Source of the DNA: Bilabrum cf. latius
Lineage: Eukaryota
Direction: 5' to 3'
NCBI GenBank assembly: GCA_965178125.1
Contig: OZ237742.1
Span: 1,302,001-1,366,000 of the forward strand
DNA length: 64,000 nt
The translations under genes and the position numbers were made by a program. The stretch's first letter is position 1; each line of letters starts with the position of its first letter. Shown piece by piece: positions 52,708 to 63,000 of this stretch. The notes under the pieces were generated by a model, which worked only from the letters and a program-made list of their open reading frames with translations, had not been told where the DNA came from and made no database searches.

Positions 52708-53450
52708 TCACTCAGGATGATCCAGAAGCACCTATACCCCGCCGTGGTGGGGTTGTGCTGCAGCTGGAGCTCCTGGATCCTCGGGCTCGATCTCTGGAGG
52801 AGGTGCTTCGCCAGGGTCAGCAGCTGCGACTGCTCCTCCCCGGGCTCCGCCCTGCAGGTTGAGTGCGACCGGCAATTCTTCCTGCTGCTGGTCGGCTTCA
52901 GCTTCGGTCTGCTCAACGACTGCTGCGAGTGCTGCGGCCTCTGCCGCCTCACCTGCCGCTGCCACTGCTGCTGCTTCCTGTTGCTGTTCCGCTCTCTCTG
53001 CGTCCTCCCTCCTCTTCTCCTCCTCGGCAATGGCACGGCGCGTAGTAACCAGCTGAACATGTTTGTAATAATCGTTCATGTACTTCGCCCGTGTCGTTGC
53101 CAAACTCATCGTGATGCGCCTGGCCCACGTCCTGACCTGTGCGTCCACGCTCTTGCTCTGCTCTGGCCCAACTCGCTCACGCCTGATCCTCGCCAGCTCC
53201 TCTAAGACCTTCCATGCGCCGGTTCCTAGTTTCCCGGTGTGTAGAACGACGAAGTCCCGGAAAATGTACCTCCCCGGGTATTTCAGGTGTTTGCAGACCT
53301 TCTCGCTGGGCGCGTTGCCTCCCACCGGCACCTGTCCTGCGATCAGCCTCGTCTGGTCCTTGGGTTGGTAGTACATCTGCAGCTTCACCTACGCCCCTGC
53401 GTATAGTGCGCTCTCGTTCTGCCAGTCTGACCCCGACCGATTCGTGGTTG
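52708..53450 (-). mobile_element. second, divergent and more truncated RLE-domain fragment
   Basis: GSDWQNESALYAGA(TAG)VKLQMYY...FRDFVVLHTGKLGTGAWKVLEELARIRRERVGPEQSKSVDAQVRTWARRI aligns with GSDHQDEAAGARAAGRK...FQDFVVLATGRLG...RSVEAQVRIWARVI of the + strand copy. TGA at 52708. Confidence 0.7.
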
Positions 53451-54084
53451 CACATTACTTTGTGTGGTTTCTTTACCCTACAAATTATCCCGGATTCTGG
53501 TATTCTGGTACTCTCGCAGGGCGGCGCCTGAGGGCGCTCACCGGCAGTCTCTCGAAATAGATCTAACAAAGAAGACACCTGCGGTACCGGAACTGCGGTA
53601 CTTCGAACTAGATCCTTTGGATTGTGAACAACCAAATCCGCCTACCATCCCAGCCGTGTGCTCATACCACAAACGGCAGACCCCCATGCCTCCCCTAGCA
53701 AAGCCCACCCGGGGCAGCCAGTTCGGGCTTGCCAGGGGGGCCACCAAACAAAACTACCTCCTGGGATGATGGGTGGAGGTGGGCAACCACCGCCACTTAG
53801 TGTAGTGAACCAATGTAGCCTAGAATGTAGACCTATCCTCATCCAGCTTTGCTGATCCGCTGGCGGCGCCATAACGGCCGGCGGAACCTTCAAGTTGGGC
53901 CCGGACAGCGACAGCGCCCGAGCCCAACCCCACTGTCATTTCGGCTCGGCACAAGACAACCTAGCCACTTGTCCCGAACGTGGGGACTCTACATAACTAC
54001 AAGCATTGACAACCAAACCAACTAGTGTAACTCATTGCGCCCGGATCATGAGCTCTTTAGGGAAAGCATAATCTTTTGGAGGCC

Positions 54085-54501
54085 TCAGTGGCTATGCCAT
54101 ATAATTGGCAACTGGGGAGGAACCAAGCTATCCGCCCCTGCAGGTTCGCTGCCAAGACCGAGCATATCTCTTGCTCTATTGCTAGCCTTGACGCCTGATT
54201 GGCTGTCGCGGTTCTGTTTGCTGATCTCGAATCCAGCGCCATTCAGGTCTACTTGGTCAACACTAATCCCCTTTACAAATGGGGACACAGACGACTACAG
54301 TGCCTTCATAGTTTGCATCGAACCAGTATGCAACGCAGAACCCTTCGCTGCGCTCGTCTTGGACGGAGATTGCGGCGACGTGCTGCGTCTCGGCTGCTAC
54401 TTCTGTTGTCTAGCAGCACGCCGTGCCCGCAGGGCCTGAACGCCAGACGCCTAGCTCAACTTCTGTTCTAATGATCTTGCATGCCTGCCACTATAGGACA
54501 T
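54085..54501 (-). pseudogene. truncated 5' duplicate of the JHY-like gene
   Basis: ATG TCC TAT AGT GGC AGG CAT GCA AGA at 54501 parallels 26626. Similarity stops at ~54105 and TGA follows at 54085. Confidence 0.7.
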
Positions 54502-55168
54502 CACTAAAAACAAGCGAGAATCGGCTCACTATGCTGCCATTTTGACTTCCATCCGTTGGCAGTCGTCATACCTCAGGCTCAGCAGTTCCAGTGGAACTGT
54601 TCCACAGTGACCGAGCCTGATGAGGGACGCCCGCCCGTCACCGTGCAATGGGGCACAATACTGGATAGAGCTTAACAACCTATCAGCGCTTCATCGATTC
54701 ACGGGGCAGTACGGATTGCTCGGCCAGGGCTTGTCCACCAACACGAACGAGTCTCCCCCTGAGCCCCCATCCCCGCCGTCACTGCCAGTGGCATCATGAT
54801 CGCTCTCCCACCACCGCCGCACCAGCTCCCTCACCGTTGTTCCCCCGATCCCCAGCGACTCCCACTGCGACACCCCGTCCTGGCAGTGCATCCAGCAGCT
54901 GTGCAGGAACAGCCCGCCCTGGCCCGAAGGACCGCCTGCCAGGACCGTCGAGTTGCCCAGCGCCTGCAGGAATTGGTCGCGCCAGTCCCCGTTAAGTTGG
55001 CTGCGCTGCAGTGGGGTGCATTCTGAGTTGTTCCTCTCGCACGCGGCCCACCCCGGGGGCGTGCTGGGCAGCCACGTCGGTGCGAAGATGTTCTCCAGCT
55101 GGTACGTGTCGTACCCGCTCTGAAGAGGCAGGATGGGCGCCTTCGTGAAGGGCACCGTGTACTGCGGG
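54105..55168. repeat. ~1 kb diverged direct repeat, copy 2
   Basis: Aligns by eye to 26224-27223. Confidence 0.92.
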
Positions 55169-56129
55169 AACATGCAGCGCCACGCCTCTTTGCTCCCAGG
55201 CCCCCCGTGCGCCTGCACGCACCCTGGGTGCAGCCCATAGGAAGCATTCGCCATGCGGTAGATGTACGTGAATAGCTCTCGGTAGTAGCGCTGTCCCCCC
55301 ACGGTCTCAGCGTCCAGGAAGAACCCCGCATCGGGGAACACCTTGAATCGCCCTATACTAGTAGAGCTCGTGCTGGCAGAGCTCCCTCCCGCCCGCACCA
55401 AGCCACTGCCAGTGCCAGTGACGCGCAGCTCTCCGTCGATCTGGGCTCGCACTGCGTCTGCGTGCAGGATCGCAGCCATGCCGCCCGCGCTACAGCCACC
55501 AACCAGGATATTCGCCTTCTTCCCGGATGGCGAGGCCGCTCCTAGGCCGTGTCGGTGCACCAGATCTCGAATCACCGCGCTGCGGATGGCCGCGCCGCGC
55601 ATGTACATCGCTGTCCCGTTCGGACCGAGAACCGTCCCCTCTCGGGCTGATGAAAAACTGCTGCCGTCACAATACTTTATGTAGACTGATGAGTAGTTGC
55701 AGAGGAAATTCATGTCGCAATCGTCCTGGAACGTCGCAAAGTTGATCGTGGTCGTTTGCGGCCAATTCGTCGATGAACCAAGATCCGTGCGAGATCGCTG
55801 CTCGCAGTAGGTTTCATTAAAGCACCACCCTCCCCCTTGGAAATGAAGAATAAAGTTAGTCTTGTCATTGCCCCTGCCCTCTCTGAAGTAGTATCCCTGC
55901 GGTGTTCGGATGCCAAGAAATATCGCTATATGCGGTCAAGATGACACCAGTGCCGCGCAATAACGAAAACAACGCTCAATTTGATACTTTATCGACTACT
56001 AACGGGTGGGCTTCCATCAAGGCACTTTGCTCCTGGTGCGTGGACGAGTTGCAGTTGGGAAACTCCCTGGGCTCCGAGGACCAATTTCTGGCAAATAGAA
56101 AGGAATAGGAATAATCTAGATATCTTCAT
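54691..56129 (-). CDS. pectin acetylesterase / Notum family esterase (~443 aa); exons 56129-56004, 55896-54691
   Basis: Signal peptide, AKCLDGSPP|GYYFR, HFQGGGWC, YIKYCDGSSFS, catalytic GGCSAGG, DAGFFLD, CMFPQY, HSCWMHCQ. Intron 55897-56003. Confidence 0.92.
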
Positions 56130-56644
56130 TATACTTAGGGTCTTGGAGGCGATAATGTATTCCCGTAGTGCACCTGCGGAAGGGCAAACCAATTGGGTCT
56201 CGCGGAATTTATTGTTGCGTGCTCTTTTGATAATCAACGCGAAAGAGTGGCCCGCCTGCTTGCTTCATGGCACAGACAAGAACTCTTCAGCCCTGTCAGT
56301 GCTGCTTATTTAAAATTGTAAGATTGTTTTATCGCTTGATCCTGGGGTTCGTACCAAGACTAGGGCTAAATTGGCGTAATTGCGCGTTGAGGGGTTGATG
56401 CGTGTCTGACCTCGCCACTATTCGTCCCCCCTGTGGTTCTAGTTGGGTTTTTCATCCAGGTTGAACCGATTCATTATGTCAATCGCGTACTTATATTCAA
56501 CATGATGCTGTGTTTGATCCCTTGAATCCAGTGATTAGGACTGCTTTCGTTGCGGTGCGGTGCCATGTGCGGTGGTGCACGCGCAGGACCAACCGAATTT
56601 CTGACCACATATCATGATCCGCCCCGCAGATTAGCTAGGGGGTA

Positions 56645-57517
56645 ATGTCATCGTTGGGTGGCCTCTTGGGCGCGGCTGCAGCCAGCGTCCCCTTGGTTCG
56701 TTTAATCAATTCATTGTGCCTCGAGCCGTTTCAAGTGCCGGTCGAGAAACGGATCACCCCTGCCAGAGACTGGGGAAAGGAGATTTTGCCCGGTAGAACA
56801 ATAGAAGATCTTCCACGAGGTCTTCCGACGGAAGAAAAGACCGAGAGAGTGCGCACGCTGGAGGGTCCCATGCTCTCGGACGATGTTTTTGCCGAATTGA
56901 TTGCTCGTGCTGAGGCACTGGAAGCCGACGCTCCTCGAATGAATTTGCCCCCTCACAAGCAAGGGGCTACAATGGATGGTCCGACTCTGTATGATCGGCG
57001 GGAGCCATTCGTGGACCTGTACCTCTCGAAGGAGTGGCAGGACACGGTGAGCCACGTGCTGGGCGCCAAGGTGGAGCCCATCACCATGACGCACCCGAGC
57101 ACCTGCTCGCTGCTCTACTACACCCAGGAGGGGGATCATATCGCGTGGCACTACGACCACAACATGTTCCAGGGGGACTACTTCACCGTGCTGGTGCCAC
57201 TCGTCAACGAGGGCGAGACGGACAACGGTCTCAGCGCCAGCCGATTCTGCTATAAGGAGAGGCAGCCCATGGGCCTGCACGCGCTGGGCATGGGCAAGAC
57301 GCATGCTGTGGAGCTGCAGCCGAACTCTATGGTAGCCTTCGAGGGTCCCAAGCTGTGGCACCGCGCGGAGAAGGTGCAGAAGGGAGATAGGCGGATCATC
57401 TGGTCCATGGTGTATGCCACGAGCAGCAAGCAGCTGGGCTACAGGGAAATCCTGCGGAGGGTCAAGGACATGACCTACATTGGACTCAGGGCTCTCACCA
57501 GGGGGAAGGCCCTGTGA
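56645..57517 (+). CDS. 2OG-Fe(II) oxygenase superfamily protein
   Basis: LLYYTQEGDHIAWHYD (HxD), FTVLVPL, AFEGPKLWHRA (distal His), RRIIWSM (2OG-binding Arg). Strong GC3 bias. Ends at TGA. Confidence 0.8.
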   Translation: MSSLGGLLGAAAASVPLVRLINSLCLEPFQVPVEKRITPARDWGKEILPGRTIEDLPRGLPTEEKTERVRTLEGPMLSDDVFAELIARAEALEADAPRMNLPPHKQGATMDGPTLYDRREPFVDLYLSKEWQDTVSHVLGAKVEPITMTHPSTCSLLYYTQEGDHIAWHYDHNMFQGDYFTVLVPLVNEGETDNGLSASRFCYKERQPMGLHALGMGKTHAVELQPNSMVAFEGPKLWHRAEKVQKGDRRIIWSMVYATSSKQLGYREILRRVKDMTYIGLRALTRGKAL

Positions 57518-58331
57518 GCCAGGAAGGAAGCTAGGACGGGAGGCGTGGTGGAGGAATGGGGCGCGGGTGTCGGTCGGAAGGCAGCCGCGCCACCGGGTGC
57601 ACCTTGCGCCCTGTGGCGCGGCGCTGGCTGGACTACGTGCCACCATTCCGGGAAACACTTAAGGTTGTTTTGGTCTTGCTGCGATCCAGCGGGCCTAGGG
57701 GGGGCGCTTGGCACGACGGGCGGTAGTGGAGAGGCTCTGGCGGGATGCCGGGGGTTTCTCGCTGCCTGCACCACGATGCCTGCGCTGGGCTGGTTGCCTT
57801 TCGAATCCGACCGCGCAGAGGCCCAGCCACCTGCATGTCTCAGAACGATACATGGCAGGAGGGGGGCTTCTTTCTATTGTTTGGGCGCGGCGGAGGCAGA
57901 AAGCGAGTCGGGAATTTCGACTTGCAGGCTGCATGTGTCTGCGTACCATGGTCCGTGCGCGACTAGCCGTTAATCACGGCTCATGTACATCAAATTGATT
58001 GACTGATGATGGGATGCTATTCTTGCGGGTGTTTCCGTGCATCCGCAGTGCCGCAACGACCGTGAGCCGATTCTGCCACCAAACGGACCCGGCGGCAACT
58101 AGATCTGGCTCTGGCCAGGATCCTCCCGTGAAACTCGGCACAATGGAATACACGATACGAACAGCTTGCATGTAGGTCTGTACGAGTTGCGGCTCGTTTG
58201 CCGGCGCGGACTGCAGGACCACGTTCTGCTGTGCTTGCACCGTCACCGAAAATAACGCTCACAGACTACGAGAGCATCAGCTCTAGAGTTGACAACACGT
58301 TAATCTGACAACAATTTTGCAATCTACGAGC

Positions 58332-61300
58332 TCAGCCGTGACCAGGAGCGCGGACACGCCAAGGCGCTTGCCACTTGCTCCAAGGCAAAGTCGCACCACC
58401 TGCAGCAGCAGGCTCACCCTGTGGTCCTCCCCTGTGCGTTTGCTTGGCCCAGTCTGGCCCTGTGAGCCTTTCCAGACGCACGGCCGCCCTTTGCCACTCC
58501 TCCACGGAGGCGGGCCTTGCCGCTGCCGCTTGCTGTTTCTCCCTGTGCCTCTCTCGAGCCCGGGCGGCCATAGCGTCGTGCTTACTTTTCGCAGCAGACT
58601 CCTCTTCTGCCTCTGGCTCTGCCAGGGCCGGGCCTTGCCCCGCCTCGGCCTTGCCTGCATCAAGCAGACTGTCCCCTACATCCGACTCCAGCGAGGGCAG
58701 CCGCAAAGAGGCCCTCGGTGCCTCCTTGATGGCCGCGGCGGGCCCGACTTCAACCACACTGGCACTGGCAGCGCCCCGTGAGGCATGCCCCGCGCGCGAC
58801 CCGTGGGAGGGGCCAGCTGCACCCTCCTCAACCCCCGCCTCAAGCTGCATGCAGCGCATTGCCTCGCAGAAGAGGGCCCCTGCATGCGCCGCCAGCCCCA
58901 GGGCGGCCTCGCGCCTGGCCCTGTCGCGCACCAGCGGGGCCAGCTTGGCCAGTGCGGAGGGAAGGGGGGCGGGCAGCACTCGGTGGAAGCCTCCCCGCCG
59001 GAGCATGCGTGCAGACTCGCGGCGGGCCACCCGCGCGATGGGCTCGGGGAGGCTCAGCCCCAGCAGCGGCTCCTCCACTGCAGAGACGGGCGCACCGGAC
59101 TTGCCTCTCCGACTGCGCGCCGCGGCGGCCAGCATCCTGGCGGCGGCGGCGTCCATGGCGGCACTGGCGCTGCCCGGCCATGCGGGGTGCTAGGGGCTCT
59201 TGCTGGTCCCCTAGTCTCCTGCAGCACGCCCCCTGGGGACAGATCCCCCACCACTCTCCTGCCCCTGCCCCTGCCCCTGCCCCTGCGCTCGGATGCAGGC
59301 GAGGTTGAGCGCATCCGCGACCACCCTGCTCTTGACGTGCGCGTCCACGGGCTCGTGCACGGCCAGGGAGGGGGCCAAGTTGCACTCCAACAGCCACGGC
59401 TGGAGGTCGGCGTCAAGCAGCACGTCCAGCCCCAGCAGCTGGAAGCAGCCCTGGGCAGGCATGTCCAGCTCTGACTCATGCTCATGCTCATGCTCCGGCT
59501 CTGATCTGCGTTCAAGGCAGTCATTTGCTCTGTGCGAGAGAGACTGCAGTCCGCTTCCAGAGCGCTTGCCTCCCCAAGTCTCTGACTTGCCCTTGCTAGG
59601 CCGCGCACCCTTCCCGCTCGGCGATGACCCGTCCGCCTCTCCTCTTCCCCCCCCCTTGTTCCCTCGCTGCCTCCCGCGCACTGGCTGCAGCAGCGGGGAC
59701 GGCTACATGCCGCCGGGGCCCAGCGTTGGCATCAGACCGCCCGGTCGTCCTCCCTTACCCCCGCGCCTGCTCCTGCTCCTGCCCCTGCCCTTGCCCGCAG
59801 GCTGCAGCAGGCCGGACGGACCCGCTACAGAGGCGAACGCACTCCCCGCCCGCCTCTCGTGCGCCGCCATGGCAGTGCTCACCGCGCTCTCCGAGGCCAG
59901 CACGGCTTTTGCGCACACGTCCGCCACCCTGGTCCACACCTGGTCCCAGTCCACCTCGGGGCGGTCGCCCCTGAGCCTCTGCTTGAGGGCGGGCAGGCTC
60001 CACTTGAGGCCCTGGCTGTAGCTCGCAGACTCGCGGGGCGGGTCTGCCTGGGCTTGCGCGCCTGTCGCCTCGTCTTCGGGCGCGTCACCAGTCTGTCTGC
60101 TGGACGGTCCAGGGCCAGTGTTTCCCTCATGGGCACTGGCAGCCTTCCTCGACAGGCCAGTGTTTCCCTCATGGGCACTGGCAGCCTTCCTCGACAGGCC
60201 AGTGTTTCCCTCATGGGCACTGGCAGCCTTCCTCGACAGGCCAGTGTTTCCCTCATGGGCACTGGCAGCCTTCCTCGACAGGCCAGTGTTTCCCTCATGG
60301 GCACTGGCAGCCTTCCTCGACAGGCCAGTGTTTCCCTCATGGGCACTGGCAGCCTTCCTCGACAGGCTCGCGTTGGTTAGGTGCCTCAGCCTGTCCCTGA
60401 GACCCACGGGCGATGCGTCGTAGGGCAGAGGGGCCAGCCGGGCCAGGCCTTCCTCGTGCAGGTAGGCCACCGGGGGGTCGTACGAGACCACCAGCACGTA
60501 CAGTCTCAGGTCAAACTTCCGGCCGTCCACCAGGAGCGGCTGCCAAACGTACCGACTCAACGTGAAGGTGCTGCCCGCCTCTTCGTACCCGTCCTTGCCC
60601 CTTCGCTTCTTGCCTCTAGAGGAGGACTGGCTGTGGCTCCGCACCCCGTGAGTATTCCTCCTCCCACCCCGTCCACGTCTATGGCCAGCCCTCTCTCTCT
60701 TCGTCTCGGCCTCCGCCCTCCCGATCGTGCTGCTGAGAGACAGGCTCTGCAGGCGATCGTCGAGGCCCCGCTGGCCCATCGGCATGGACTGGCGACCAGT
60801 CCCGGTCCCAGCCCAGCTGCCATGGTGAGAAGCGAGGGCCGGCGGGCCGTGCCCATTTCCTCGCCTGCTGGTACCATCGCTGCGCCGCGAACTCATGCCC
60901 TGGCCGCTGGCAGCCTCGGGGCGGCCACTGGAGTTGCTTTGGCTCTAACTTCGGCCAAGCGGCGGCCTGCCGCCACGGGCGACATAGCTCGACCCCCCGC
61001 TTGCATGGCTGGTGGTCAGGCCTCTCCTATCGCCTGCTAGCAGTCGCTTTGCCCGAGCTGCCTCGAACGCATCGCACGCCCTCTGCACTGCGCTCTCGGC
61101 GACAGAAATAGCCTCCGCCCGGAGAACAGGGCCTGCTCCAGTCGACGCATCGCCCGGGATACGACCCGCCACCGCGACCGTGCCTTCTTGCACGGCTGGT
61201 ATCACCTCAGGTGGGCGCTCCAGCAGGCCAGCCCAGTCTCCAGCGCGCTCGGCTCCATCCTGTCCACCGCGCTCCGACGCATCCACTTGGACGGAACCGG

Positions 61301-62744
61301 CGCCACGATCCGGCCGACTGCCTGCAGCGGCGGGGGCTGATCTGCCCCTGTGGCTCCCCCGAGTTTCCTACGACTGGCCCCCGCCCCCTGCCTCGATCGG
61401 CTGGAACTGGTCCAGGGCACGCATGGGCCGCCCGTCCCTGTCGAAAATCTCCACGCGGATGCCGCGCCCCTGGCTGCTGCCGCTGGGCTTCACGATCCAC
61501 GGCTGCATGGGGTCCCGCCTGCACGCATGCCCAAAGGCCCCAGCATCGGCAGGCAGCACAAACGTCTCGGGAAGGAACGGAAAAGCCCCGGTGCCAGTTC
61601 CAGTCCCAGCTCCGGCACCTGCCCCCGTGCGCATGCGCATGCCCGGTCCCGCCACCCCCCTCTTGACAGCCAGCTTTGCGAGCCGCTGGAAGGACCGGGC
61701 CATGGAGTCCTTGCGGGTCACCGAGGTGCTGCTGGGGAACTGGGCCACCGAGAGGGCGGGCGGGGCCTCCGATGCATCGCAGGAGGGAAGTGTGACGAGT
61801 GCATCGGGGGCCTGGGTGGGACGAGGAGGAGAAGGAGCAGCAGCAGCACCGCTTGGCCCAATACCGTGGGCTTGAGCTGCCTTGTTACCAGCAGAGCGCC
61901 CAGTAGGCATCGACGGGTGGCGGCTGCCCGCACCCCTTGCCGGCTGCATGGACTACTGTCGCGCAGCCGACTGGTGCATGGCCCGCGCCGCCACAGCCCC
62001 CTGGAAGACCCCCGAGGGGAGGGAGCGGCTGGCCCACAGCACGGTGCACGGGGCATCCTGATCCTGATCCTGATCCTGATCCTGATCCTGATCCAGAACT
62101 GCTGGTTGCGGGGCACTGGGGGCTGCATCCGGGTCCTGGAATAGCGGGGTGATGAGACCTGAAGGCTTGTTCGGCCCTGTACCGACAGCTTCCATCGGCA
62201 GTGCCTTTGGCTCGCTCCCAAGTCCAGGCAGCACCCGCGCTCCGGCCCGTCGCTCCCTCGCGGCTGCGCGCTGGCGACTGCGGCTGCCGGCACCGATCTA
62301 GCCTGAAGACTTCAACGATCCGTTTGTCTACGCATTGTGAGCAGCCATCATCGCAGGGTGAGGCTTGAGACCAGCCTGAGCGAACGTCATGTGAACCACG
62401 CGAGCCGCTGGTCCCACCACGCAGTATGAACCCGACGGCGTTCCAGTAGCCGAGGGAGGTTTCGCACGCGCATCAATAAGAGCGAATGCGGGCACAGGAG
62501 CAAAAGTGATCAGGCCGGAGCAGCGCATAGCAAGCTACTTGGTGTAACAAGACTTGTGCTGACTCTCGATGCTTGCTGCGCAGGCTTCAGCGCGAGATGG
62601 CTCCCGACTGGGGCGCGTGTCGCCATCGATATGGTCCATGGGTATAACTGCAGCGCCAAACGCAACAACTGGCTCCTGCTTGCTCTCTTCAGACCGGCCC
62701 AAAGACTGCCGTGCACCACGCAGCACTGACGAAACAGAGCTCAT
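58332..62744 (-). CDS. tubulin-tyrosine-ligase-like (TTLL4/5-type glutamylase) protein, ~1470 aa, with many in-frame TAG; start uncertain
   Basis: FPSSTSVTRKDSM, FLPETFVLP, WIVKPSGSSQGRGI, then TAGs, SRYVWQPLLVDGRKFDLRLYVLVVSYDP...EEGLARLA, HLTNAS, GLKWSL, then TAG, CFQLLGLDVLLDADLQPWLLECNLAPSL. Eight ORF fragments share one frame. TGA at 58332. Confidence 0.88.
60113..60366. repeat. 42-bp coding tandem repeat x6 (GLSRKAASAHEGNT) in the TTL domain
   Basis: Unit GGCCAGTGTTTCCCTCATGGGCACTGGCAGCCTTCCTCGACA. Confidence 0.95.
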
Positions 62745-63000
62745 TCGGGACGCTGGGACTGCCTCGAGTTGTTCACGCAAAAAGTATGCGCATGGCGACA
62801 GTCCTGACTAGAATATGACAGTTTGTGGCTAGCAATTCGAAGAGGTGCGATTTCAACCGTCATTAGCAGGTGTGTGATGAGTGACTATAGGTGGTGCTTC
62901 CGATTGGCGGAAAGACGCCTATTCTCAACAGTAGCACACATTGTTGCCTCGGTTAACAACATAATCATATTTTTCTACTATTTTGGACGCTTGAAGAGAA

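Noticed and set aside
48400-54100. Endogenous virophage/Polinton or tyrosine-recombinase retrotransposon
   Set aside because: GC is lower here, but I found no capsid, packaging ATPase, pPolB, integrase, tyrosine recombinase or RT motifs, and no long terminal repeats.
57540-58330. Possible small gene between the 2OG oxygenase and the TTLL gene (e.g. 57974..58246 -)
   Set aside because: Several short competing frames, no recognisable motif; I cannot support a call.
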